In this document: piece by piece, positions 1-7,218 of the stretch
How positions within the stretch are numbered: position 1 is the stretch's first letter
How the letters are laid out: every line of letters starts with the position of its first letter
Source: Anaerolineae bacterium
Lineage (GTDB): Bacteria; Chloroflexota; Anaerolineae; S140-20
Length of the DNA stretch: 21,327 nt
Reading direction: 5' to 3'
Assembly (NCBI GenBank): GCA_027021705.1
Contig: JALUTT010000179.1
Coordinates: 1-21,327, forward strand
Program-made: the position numbers and the translations under genes
Notes under the pieces: model-generated
What the model saw: the letters and a program-made list of their open reading frames with translations, nothing else
The model's database searches: none
What the model was told of the DNA's origin: nothing

Positions 1-119
1 AGTGCCCGCTGGAGTTGGCCGGCTACGACATCAGCCAGGTGCCGATGGCTTCCCTTTGCGCCGGCCTGAGCGTTGTCTGGCCTTTGGAGGCAACTCAGAA
101 TGATGTCCCAAACTCGTGA
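1..119 (+). CDS. 3' end of an upstream gene (partial, product unknown)
   Basis: The frame starting at nt 3 is open to TGA at 117-119 (CPLELAGYDISQVPMASLCAGLSVVWPLEATQNDVPNS*). The first codons end almost entirely in G/C, like the real genes in this window. Too short to assign a family. Confidence 0.45.
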   Translation, partial: CPLELAGYDISQVPMASLCAGLSVVWPLEATQNDVPNS

Positions 120-156
120 CGGTCGCTGCGATCTTTATTTTCCCCTCCCTGAACCG

Positions 157-165
157 TGGTATAAT
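157..165 (+). promoter_or_regulatory. Extended -10 sigma70-type promoter (TGnTATAAT)
   Basis: TGGTATAAT at 157-165, a consensus extended -10 in an AT-rich patch within GC-rich DNA, upstream of the plus-strand signalling cluster. Confidence 0.6.
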
Positions 166-212
166 TATTGGGCAGCCCAAAAGGCAAGGGTACGTTAACT
201 TTCTCTCGACGA

Positions 213-253
213 CTCCCAAAGCCGCTCCGGGCTTTGGGAGCGCTTTCGTTGTT
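213..253 (+). terminator. Terminator/attenuator-like hairpin
   Basis: Perfect 11-bp stem CTCCCAAAGCC (213-223) / GGCTTTGGGAG (230-240) with a 6-nt loop, followed by an imperfect T-rich tail CGCTTTCGTTGTT. Confidence 0.45.
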
Positions 254-648
254 GGAAGCAGCAGCGGTCCCCCTCAACGGTGCTGCTTGGACGGTGTGAC
301 ACACCTTTGGCCCACGAGCGAGCGCACTGCTCCAGAGGCCATCCCGCTGGCCAAGAGTCCGGTCTCCAAGGCGCGTCGCACCCCTCTGGTCACCGGCACC
401 TTTAGGGGAGACTACCTGAACGGCAGTCGGAGGGAACCTATCTATGCCTCATCTGTCTCCCTGCTAACCTCCCAACGAGTTTTCCAGCACAACTTTGCCT
501 TCATCTCAGCAACCTGGGTCGTGAACTCCCACAATGGCTCTAGGCCATGGATTCCCCCGACCTGGGGTCGGGACAGGTCGGGGTAGGTGTTTTTCCAAGC
601 GCCAGGAGTCCACGACATCTTGAGGCGCGTAGAGAGGAGAGACGGATT

Positions 649-1473
649 ATGAGAATTCTGATCCTAGAAGCGGAACAGTGGATCCAAGAGCTCACCCAAC
701 AGCAGTTTGCTCGCTTCCTGCACCACCATCAGATCTACCGAGCGAGCACCGAGCGTGAGGGCTTGATCCTTCTCCAGGCGGTCAAACCCCAGTTGGTCAT
801 CGTGGAGGACCACCCCCCCCTGATCAGCGGCTTGCGCTTTATCGAGCGGGTACGGGGCCGGGAATCCCAGATCCCCATCCTGTTGATCGCCGACGAGAAG
901 AATTACCTCCTGCTATCGCAGCGCGTTCGTGAGCTGAAGGTCCACTCCCTCATCGCACCCACGGATATGGAGCACTTCTCTCGGGCTCTCTCCCGGCTCC
1001 TTCCGCCTCCCGATCCCTTTCCGCAGGATCAGGATCCCATCGAAACGGCTCAGGAGATTCTGAACCGTCTCCGCACCGAGATTGACGCCGACCTGGTGCT
1101 CTTGATGAACAACACCGGTGAGATCTTGGCCGAGAGCGCGGTGGAATGGTGGCCCCAGAGCCGGGAGCTGGCCGTCCTGCTCTCGGCCGGCCACGCCTCG
1201 GCCACGGAGACGGCGAAGATGCTGGGCATGGCGACCCCCTTTCAGACCATCCTCTACCGTGGTGAGGGGGGCGGGATGGTCTACACAGCCCGCATCAACG
1301 ATTCCTTCCTCCTGGGCATTATCTTCGGAGAACGCACGCGGACGGGCATCGTCACCTACTTCACCAGCCGAGCCATCCCCCACCTGGCTCGCCTCCTGGA
1401 GGGGTATCAGCCCCCGCTGCCGGAGGTGGACATCACCAATGAGGCGATGAGCCTGCTCGACGACCTTTTGTGA
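649..1473 (+). CDS. Pseudo-receiver domain + Roadblock/LC7 (MglB-like) domain protein, 274 aa
   Basis: ATG at 649 follows the SD-like AGAGGAGA (633-640). The N-terminus has the receiver pattern (MRILILE...PQLVIVEDHPPLISGLRFIERVR...IPILLI) with degenerate catalytic residues. The C-terminus (ADLVLLMNNTGEILAE...LAVLLSAGHASATETAKMLG...) parallels the MglB gene at 2635. Confidence 0.8.
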   Translation: MRILILEAEQWIQELTQQQFARFLHHHQIYRASTEREGLILLQAVKPQLVIVEDHPPLISGLRFIERVRGRESQIPILLIADEKNYLLLSQRVRELKVHSLIAPTDMEHFSRALSRLLPPPDPFPQDQDPIETAQEILNRLRTEIDADLVLLMNNTGEILAESAVEWWPQSRELAVLLSAGHASATETAKMLGMATPFQTILYRGEGGGMVYTARINDSFLLGIIFGERTRTGIVTYFTSRAIPHLARLLEGYQPPLPEVDITNEAMSLLDDLL

Positions 1474-1585
1474 TGCCGCCCCCTCGCCCGTGGGACGGGA
1501 GTACGCCATCCAGGAGGCGTCCTGTCCAGAGGTATCTACGCGGCTACAGAACTGCTACCCAAGTGTTACAGCCTTACGCCGGTTT

Positions 1586-1596
1586 TGTGATAGGAT
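1586..1596 (+). promoter_or_regulatory. Possible internal extended -10 promoter
   Basis: TG at 1588-1589 followed one base later by TAGGAT (1591-1596), in the 158-nt gap and 35 nt before the next start codon. Confidence 0.35.
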
Positions 1597-1631
1597 GGGA
1601 CCGCCCTGGAAGCGAGGGGGGAGTGCATAGT

Positions 1632-2588
1632 ATGAGCGACCGAAAGCGCATTCTTATCGTGGATGATGAAGGAAGGGTTGCCTACTTCCTTCGCAAGACG
1701 CTGGAGCGGATGGACCGGCGGTTTCAGGTCGAGACGGTCCCCTCCGGCGAGGAGGCCCTGCTCCTCTTTCAAGAGGGGGCTGTGGACCTGCTGATCACCG
1801 ACCTGCGGATGCCCGGCATCAACGGGCTGGAGCTGATCGAGCGGGTCCGTCAGATCAGTCCCACGACGCCGGTGATCCTGATCACCGCCTACGGCTCCGA
1901 TGAGATCGAGGCCCGAGCGCGGCGGCTCCAGATCTACCGCTACTTGACCAAGCCCTTTGACATCAACGAGTTCACCGACGCCGTCATCCAGGCCCTCAGC
2001 GACCGGCCCATCCGGGAGCCGGGCATCCTGGTCCTGCCCGACCGCCATTTCCGGCGATTGGTGGCTGCGTTGGAGGACCTGTCGCGGCGGACCGAGGCCT
2101 TCTTCGCCCTCCTGATCAACGCGGCGGGCCAGCGCATCGCAGCCGTTGGAGATTCGTCGGGGATAGACACGGAGACGCTCAGTTCCCTGCTGGGGGGAAG
2201 CTTCGCCAGCTTCTTGACCCTGGGGGGGCTTTTCGACGACAGCGCCGGCCTCAACTTCCTGTACCGGGAGGGGCAGCAGGTGAACCTCTACGCGGTCAAC
2301 GTGGCAGAGGAGATGGTGCTGGCCCTGCTCCTGGATCGGCGCGTGAGCCGGGTCCCGGTCGGCGTCGTCTGGCTGGAGATGAAGCGTGCCGTCGAGCACC
2401 TGTTGGAAATCGTCCCCAACGGGGGGTGGGGCGAGCCGGCGGCGGCCCTGGACGAAGCCTTCTCCTCGGCCGTGAGCGAGCATCTGGACCAGGTGCTCGC
2501 GGAGCGTTCCGCTCCTCCATCCACCACCCCTCCGCTCGGCCCGGAGGTCCAAGAAGACGGAGAGACCAATCTGGTGGGGCTGAACTGA
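1632..2588 (+). CDS. Response regulator receiver + Roadblock/LC7 domain protein, 318 aa
   Basis: ATG at 1632 after GAGGGGGGAG. Canonical receiver motifs: ILIVDD, DLLITDLRMPGINGLEL (phospho-Asp), ILITAYG, YLTKPF. The C-terminal half is Roadblock-like (ALLINAAGQRIAAVGD...DTETLSSLLGGSFAS...LYAVNVAEEMVLALL). Confidence 0.9.
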   Translation: MSDRKRILIVDDEGRVAYFLRKTLERMDRRFQVETVPSGEEALLLFQEGAVDLLITDLRMPGINGLELIERVRQISPTTPVILITAYGSDEIEARARRLQIYRYLTKPFDINEFTDAVIQALSDRPIREPGILVLPDRHFRRLVAALEDLSRRTEAFFALLINAAGQRIAAVGDSSGIDTETLSSLLGGSFASFLTLGGLFDDSAGLNFLYREGQQVNLYAVNVAEEMVLALLLDRRVSRVPVGVVWLEMKRAVEHLLEIVPNGGWGEPAAALDEAFSSAVSEHLDQVLAERSAPPSTTPPLGPEVQEDGETNLVGLN

Positions 2589-2634
2589 GCCGATGTCCCC
2601 ACCGAAACCCCAACACCTCACCAGGAGACAGAAA

Positions 2635-3147
2635 ATGACAGCGACCGAGAACAAACTGTCAGGTCCACCCATAGGCTTGCTCTTCTCGCCTCAGCAGCTT
2701 CAACAGATGCAGGGATACCTGCGCGAAGTCTACTACGAAGCCGAGGCCCGATGCGTCGTCCTGGCCGACATCACCGGCCAGTTGATCGCCCAGGAGGGCA
2801 ATCCCAAGGAAGTGGACACCACCGTCCTCTCAGCCCTGGCGGCCGGCAATTTGGCCGCGACCCGAGAGATGGCTCGGCTGGTAGGGGAGCCGGCCCGCTT
2901 CAAACTGCTCCTGCACGAGGGCGATCTCCGTACCGTCTACCTCTCTGACGTGGATGACGAGCTGATCCTGGTGATCGTTTGTCCCAGCGCGACGCCCCTT
3001 GGGTTGGTCCGCCTGGTCATCCGGGAGGCCATCGCCAAGATCCAACCCATCGTTCAGGAGGCTCGCCATCGTCCTACCGCCTCCGCCCCCGGTATGGACG
3101 ACGAATTCACCGCCTTGCTCGATAGCGAACTGGAAGCATTGATCTGA
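2635..3147 (+). CDS. mglB: MglB-family Roadblock/LC7 protein (putative GAP for MglA), 170 aa
   Basis: ATG at 2635 after AGGAG (2623-2627). Motifs ARCVVLADITGQLIAQEG, DTTVLSALAAGNLAATREMARLVGE, F..LLHEG and LGLVRL match MglB. The gene lies directly upstream of mglA. Confidence 0.88.
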   Translation: MTATENKLSGPPIGLLFSPQQLQQMQGYLREVYYEAEARCVVLADITGQLIAQEGNPKEVDTTVLSALAAGNLAATREMARLVGEPARFKLLLHEGDLRTVYLSDVDDELILVIVCPSATPLGLVRLVIREAIAKIQPIVQEARHRPTASAPGMDDEFTALLDSELEALI

Positions 3148-3308
3148 ACCTCCCGATGCGACGGGCCTTTCCCCTGCCTGCGCCCCCTCATCCCGAGCCG
3201 GGCAGGCAGAACCCCGGGGAACCATCGCAGCATACGGAACGACCCAGAACACCTATGACACCTATCCGAATGCACCGGCCAGAGAGGGAGGAGTTCTAGG
3301 GGGCAACC

Positions 3309-3917
3309 ATGTTCTTCAACGCACATTTACGCGAAATCAACCTAAAGATCGTCTACTACGGACCCGCCCTAAGCGGCAAAACGACCAATCTGGAACAGCT
3401 CTACCGTCGCATTCCGGTGCGAGCCCGCAGCGAGATGGTTTCGGTCAAGACGCGAGAGGACCGGACGATCTTCTTCGACTTTATGGAGCTCTCTCTGGGA
3501 AAGATCAAGGGGCTGACGCCCCGCTTCAAGCTCTACACCGTACCCGGTCAGGTCTACTACGCCGCCACCCGCAAGCTGGTCCTGCGAGGCGTGGACGGGA
3601 TCGTCTTCGTCGCCGATTCCCAGGCCGGCCGATTGGAGGACAACGTCGCCTCGATGCAGGACCTCTGGGAGAACCTCCAGGAGATGGGGTACGATCCTTA
3701 TGGGGTTCCCCTCGTCCTCCAGTTCAACAAGCGGGACCTGCCCGACGCCCTGCCGGTCTCCCAGTTGGAGAAAGCCCTGAATCACCGGGCTTGCCCCACC
3801 TTTGAAGCCATCGCCATCCAAGGCGTTGGGGTCTCCGAAACCCTGAAGGGGATCATCAGTGCTGTGATGCAGTCAGTGTACGAACGCCTGAGGGTGGTGC
3901 CCACGCCGACCAGGTAA
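3309..3917 (+). CDS. mglA: MglA-family small Ras-like GTPase, 202 aa
   Basis: REINLKIVYYGPALSGKTTNL (G1/P-loop), DRTIFFDF (switch I with the intrinsic Arg), LYTVPGQVYY (G3 with the catalytic Gln), GVDGIVFVADSQ, NKRDL (G4), EAIA (G5). Confidence 0.96.
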   Translation: MFFNAHLREINLKIVYYGPALSGKTTNLEQLYRRIPVRARSEMVSVKTREDRTIFFDFMELSLGKIKGLTPRFKLYTVPGQVYYAATRKLVLRGVDGIVFVADSQAGRLEDNVASMQDLWENLQEMGYDPYGVPLVLQFNKRDLPDALPVSQLEKALNHRACPTFEAIAIQGVGVSETLKGIISAVMQSVYERLRVVPTPTR

Positions 3918-3923
3918 GGACCG

Positions 3924-4331
3924 ATGAACGTGCCACCGAAGCTCCAGGTCGAGATCACCGCGTTGCTGCAGGAGGTCCAACAGCAGGGCCAATTCCACCA
4001 CCTGATCCTGACCGACGACAGCGGCATGCTTGTTGCCGCCGCAGGACAGGCCGACTGGGAGGCCGAGACGCTGGCCGCGATGGTGGGTACCGTGTGGCGG
4101 TGGGTGGACCGCATCCACCAGCGGCTGGGGCTGGCCGCGTCAGACGAGGTGGCGCTGCGCGACACCCAAGGCCGGCGGGTCGTTGGGCGGACCTTCTGGG
4201 TAGGCGAGCAGCGCCTGACACTGATCCTGGTCGCGACTGTGCGCCAGCCCTACCGCCGGATCACGACCCAGGCCATCCACCGGATCCGGGACTACCTGGA
4301 ACAACGTCGGCGCCGGAGGGGGGGAGAGTAG
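3924..4331 (+). CDS. Stand-alone Roadblock/LC7 domain protein, 135 aa
   Basis: LILTDDSGMLVAAAG...AETLAAM Roadblock pattern. Starts 6 nt after the mglA stop, with AAGGA overlapping that stop codon. Basic C-terminal tail RRRRRGGE. Confidence 0.8.
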   Translation: MNVPPKLQVEITALLQEVQQQGQFHHLILTDDSGMLVAAAGQADWEAETLAAMVGTVWRWVDRIHQRLGLAASDEVALRDTQGRRVVGRTFWVGEQRLTLILVATVRQPYRRITTQAIHRIRDYLEQRRRRRGGE

Positions 4332-4362
4332 GCGCTGTGATCACACGAAGGGGGGCGAGACC

Positions 4363-5157
4363 GTGGCCGTAACAGGGAGCCTGCAGGAAATGAGTCTGCC
4401 GACGCTCATCCAAGTCCTCTGCGAGGAGCAGGGAGACGCCCAATTGACGATACGGGATCGGGAGGAGGGCGAGGAAGGCTCCCTTTTCTTCTCGCAGGGA
4501 CAGGTCGTCCACGCTCAGACGGGCACCCTGGTGGGGGAGGAGGCTGTGTACGAGCTCCTGAGTTGGGAGGAAGGCACCTTCGTCTTGGAACGCAGCATCC
4601 CCCCGCCGGAGCAGACGATCCACACGGAATGGTCGGCCCTGCTCCTGGAGGGCTTGCGTCGTCTGGACGAGCAACGGGAAAGTGCCCGCCTTGCTCCCCC
4701 CCATCCCGGGGAAGCCGTGGCGGACATTCAATGGCCGGAAGGACTTGACGAGAACCGAGACGCGAGAAAGGAGGGATCAACGATGGCGAAACGAAGTGAG
4801 CTTTTGATGCAAACCCTGGATGAGCTGCTGACCAGCTCTGCAGACATCGAAGGGGGCGCGATCGTCAGCACCGACGGCCTGATCTTGGCCGCCAACGTTC
4901 CCACGGGAGGATTGGACGAGGCCCACGTTGGTGCTGTGGCCGCCGCGATCCTGGGGCTGAGCAAGCGCAGTGTCCACCAGCTCAAGCGCGGTGACTTCAC
5001 CCAGACCCTGGTTCAGGGTAATCAGGGCAACATCATCGTGACTACCATCAACGATCGAACCCTCTTCGTGGGCATCACCTCTCAAGATGCCAACCTGGGG
5101 ATGGCCTTCCTGGAAGCCCGGGAGACTGCGCAGAAGGTAGCAGACATCCTGGGGTAG
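4363..5157 (+). CDS. DUF4388 (PATAN-like) + Roadblock/LC7 domain protein, 264 aa
   Basis: GTG start. The N-terminal pattern GSLQEMSLPTLIQ...GSLFFSQGQVVHA..G.LVGEEAVYELLSWEEGTF...LLLEGLRRLDE is typical of DUF4388. The C-terminal IEGGAIVSTDGLILAAN...VGAVAAAILGLSKR...NLGM is a classic Roadblock. Confidence 0.9.
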   Translation: MAVTGSLQEMSLPTLIQVLCEEQGDAQLTIRDREEGEEGSLFFSQGQVVHAQTGTLVGEEAVYELLSWEEGTFVLERSIPPPEQTIHTEWSALLLEGLRRLDEQRESARLAPPHPGEAVADIQWPEGLDENRDARKEGSTMAKRSELLMQTLDELLTSSADIEGGAIVSTDGLILAANVPTGGLDEAHVGAVAAAILGLSKRSVHQLKRGDFTQTLVQGNQGNIIVTTINDRTLFVGITSQDANLGMAFLEARETAQKVADILG

Positions 5158-5226
5158 CAGCACGAGCAGCGTCGAGCGCGGTTACGGTCTGACCACAGCA
5201 TCCATCTTTCCTACAGGAGGAGTGTC

Positions 5227-5703
5227 ATGGCTACTGAGGAAGAAAAGAAGCGAAATCTGGCCCGGATCAACGCAATGATCATCTATGGTTTAGAAAAAGG
5301 GTTGTGGGACCTCTTCGGTGAGTCCGCCTTGGCCGTGACGACCACGGTAGGCGAAGGCATGCTGGAGATCATGGAGAAGAATATGGGACTGGAGATCGCC
5401 GATGAGGAGCCCGAAGACGTGTTGACGGAGATCGGGCGCATCTTTATTGACGAGATCGGCATCGCCCGGGAGTTCGAGATTGTGAAGGAAGGCGACACGG
5501 TCAGCTTCCACGTGGACGGGTGTGTCTTGATGCACACAGAGAAGAGCCTGATCGCCGATGGCATCAAGCCCTTCGTCTGCCCCTACCTGAACATCGCAGC
5601 GGCGGCCATGCGGCGCCGGCTGGGTGTCAAAACCTCGGTGCAACAGTTCGACGTGGACCCAGAAACCCACCACTGCCATCTGCGGTTCGCGATGTTCAAG
5701 TGA
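5227..5703 (+). CDS. Hypothetical protein, probable V4R/H-NOX-like fold with three Cys, 158 aa
   Basis: Strong SD AGGAGG before the ATG. Helical N-terminal half, then strands with C99 (FHVDGC), C118 (VCPY, before a helix) and C150 (HCHLRF, final strand), the spacing seen in V4R-related domains. The ORF is clear; the fold call is an inference. Confidence 0.6.
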   Translation: MATEEEKKRNLARINAMIIYGLEKGLWDLFGESALAVTTTVGEGMLEIMEKNMGLEIADEEPEDVLTEIGRIFIDEIGIAREFEIVKEGDTVSFHVDGCVLMHTEKSLIADGIKPFVCPYLNIAAAAMRRRLGVKTSVQQFDVDPETHHCHLRFAMFK

Positions 5704-5885
5704 TCGGGGAGACAGGGGGAAGATAAGCGTGGGAGGGAGGAGGCTCCTGCAGGATCCTCTTCCCTCTCCCATCCCCATCCCTTCCGGGGGTTGAACGCGG
5801 TCAATCCACCGCCACGCCCTGAAGGGTCGCGCCCCCGTCCCCGGCCGTGTCCCAATGGTCCTAGACCAGCACCGGTGATCATCTG

Positions 5886-7178
5886 ATGCGAGAACCTATC
5901 TTCTTTCGGCGGGACGATACCCTCACCCTGGAGCAAGCCCGGTATTGGAAGAATTTGCTTTATCGGGTGGTGAAGATCGGCACCGAGCTGGAGGTCGCCC
6001 CACCCAAGGGGGTCAAGCGTCCCATCTTTGAGGAGGCCGTGCGGGAAGCGATGGCCCCGTCCGGCAGCCTGGAAAGTCTGGGCCGATATGGCGTGCTCAA
6101 CGTCCAGACGGAGCACTGCGGCATCGAAGTTCAGATCATCGGACGGCATCCCTACTTCTGGGCTCTGCGGGAGCAATACACCTACATCTTGGCGACGCTG
6201 GACCGGCTGGGAGGGCGGGTTCGTCCGACCTGCGGCCTTCACTTCCACATCCTGACCCCTTCCCTCAACGAACCGGTGCCGGAGATCGTCCTGGCCAACC
6301 TCTGGAACCTGACCCGCCGTTACGCACCGGAGCTGAAGTTTCTAACCAGCGGCGGGGAGAAGCGGGAAGCCCTCTGCCGTCGGCGCAACCACAACAGCCA
6401 CCTGGAGATGGTCAAGCTGACGCCGGGCACCCTCAGTATGGCCGCCATCCAGCAGCACCTGAGGGAGAGCCGGATCGTGCCTGAGCACCAGAACTTCCTG
6501 AACTTGGAACATCTGGGCTTTCCCGAGGAAGGGGGCGTTCTCCCCTTCCACCTGGAGTTCCGCTTCCCGGATATGGACCTCTCCCCCACCTCGGTCACGG
6601 CCAAGACCTTCCTGTTCCTGGCGATGGTGCTTAAGGCCGTGGACCTGAGCCGGTACGGGATCATCCACGTGGGGACGATGACCACGTGGGAGCGGAAGAA
6701 GGAAATCCTGAACCGGCTAAGCAACAACGACGGCAATCTGGCTACCAGCGATACCAGCCAGGTGACCGATGAGATGATCGAGGAGCTGCGGGTCGGCTGC
6801 CGGGAGCTCCTAGACCTGTTGGCACCCGCCTTCGACCGCTTTGAGGACAATCCGGCGCTGGAGGTCCTGCACGTGCTCGCCGAGACCCCCATCTCCCTGC
6901 TGCGGGTTAGCGGGCGCGACTGGGAGGAGATCGAACGACTGCTGGCCGCCCGCGCCGACCAGGGCACCGACCCGCTCGACGAGATTGACCACCGCTTGAT
7001 GCGCTGCATCGAGTTGCTGGAGTGGGATGGGTTCCCCGACGCCAAGGCGTGGGGATGGCGAGCCGCCTGGGAGTTTCAGTTGACGCCTCAGGAGCTCCAA
7101 CGCCGGTTGGACAAGCTGGACCGGCTGAGGGGCCTCCGATGGGACCCGCGTCTGGGAACCTATCAGTTCACTTCTTGA
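5886..7178 (+). CDS. Putative amidoligase (glutamine synthetase-like COOH-NH2 ligase fold), 430 aa
   Basis: Ordered motifs KIGTELEV (GxExE), a second acidic strand EHCGIEV, TCGLHFH (CGxHxH) and HLEFRFPD (EFR), characteristic of the Amidoligase_2/GCS2-type superfamily. The adjacent class II amidotransferase is a known partner. Confidence 0.78.
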   Translation: MREPIFFRRDDTLTLEQARYWKNLLYRVVKIGTELEVAPPKGVKRPIFEEAVREAMAPSGSLESLGRYGVLNVQTEHCGIEVQIIGRHPYFWALREQYTYILATLDRLGGRVRPTCGLHFHILTPSLNEPVPEIVLANLWNLTRRYAPELKFLTSGGEKREALCRRRNHNSHLEMVKLTPGTLSMAAIQQHLRESRIVPEHQNFLNLEHLGFPEEGGVLPFHLEFRFPDMDLSPTSVTAKTFLFLAMVLKAVDLSRYGIIHVGTMTTWERKKEILNRLSNNDGNLATSDTSQVTDEMIEELRVGCRELLDLLAPAFDRFEDNPALEVLHVLAETPISLLRVSGRDWEEIERLLAARADQGTDPLDEIDHRLMRCIELLEWDGFPDAKAWGWRAAWEFQLTPQELQRRLDKLDRLRGLRWDPRLGTYQFTS

Positions 7179-7218
7179 GGGGACCGACGCACGGGCAAGG
7201 CAGACGACAAAGCAGACG

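Noticed and set aside
170..250. c-di-GMP-I riboswitch
   Set aside because: GGCAA and CAAAGCC fragments are reminiscent, but the GNRA-capped stem and the GACGCAAAGC context are absent. Kept only as an unassigned structured leader.
116..586. 156-aa ORF in the leader region
   Set aside because: It spans the promoter and hairpins, has no SD or recognisable motif, and its codon usage is unlike the real genes.
547..648. Longer N-termini given by the ORF track (starts at 547, 1470, 2593 and 17797)
   Set aside because: Downstream ATGs at 649, 1632, 2635 and 17743 have SD-like sequences and coincide with the domain starts. The extensions look non-coding.
4336..4345. CRP/FNR site (TGTGATCACA)
   Set aside because: The half-sites abut with no 6-nt spacer, and the site lies in a 31-nt intra-operon gap with no promoter evidence.
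5791..5886. 31-codon Pro/Arg-rich ORF (TTG start) whose TGA overlaps the amidoligase ATG, considered as a leader or substrate peptide
   Set aside because: It has a weak start, no properly spaced SD, and a composition typical of random GC-rich sequence. It would need ribosome profiling or conservation evidence.
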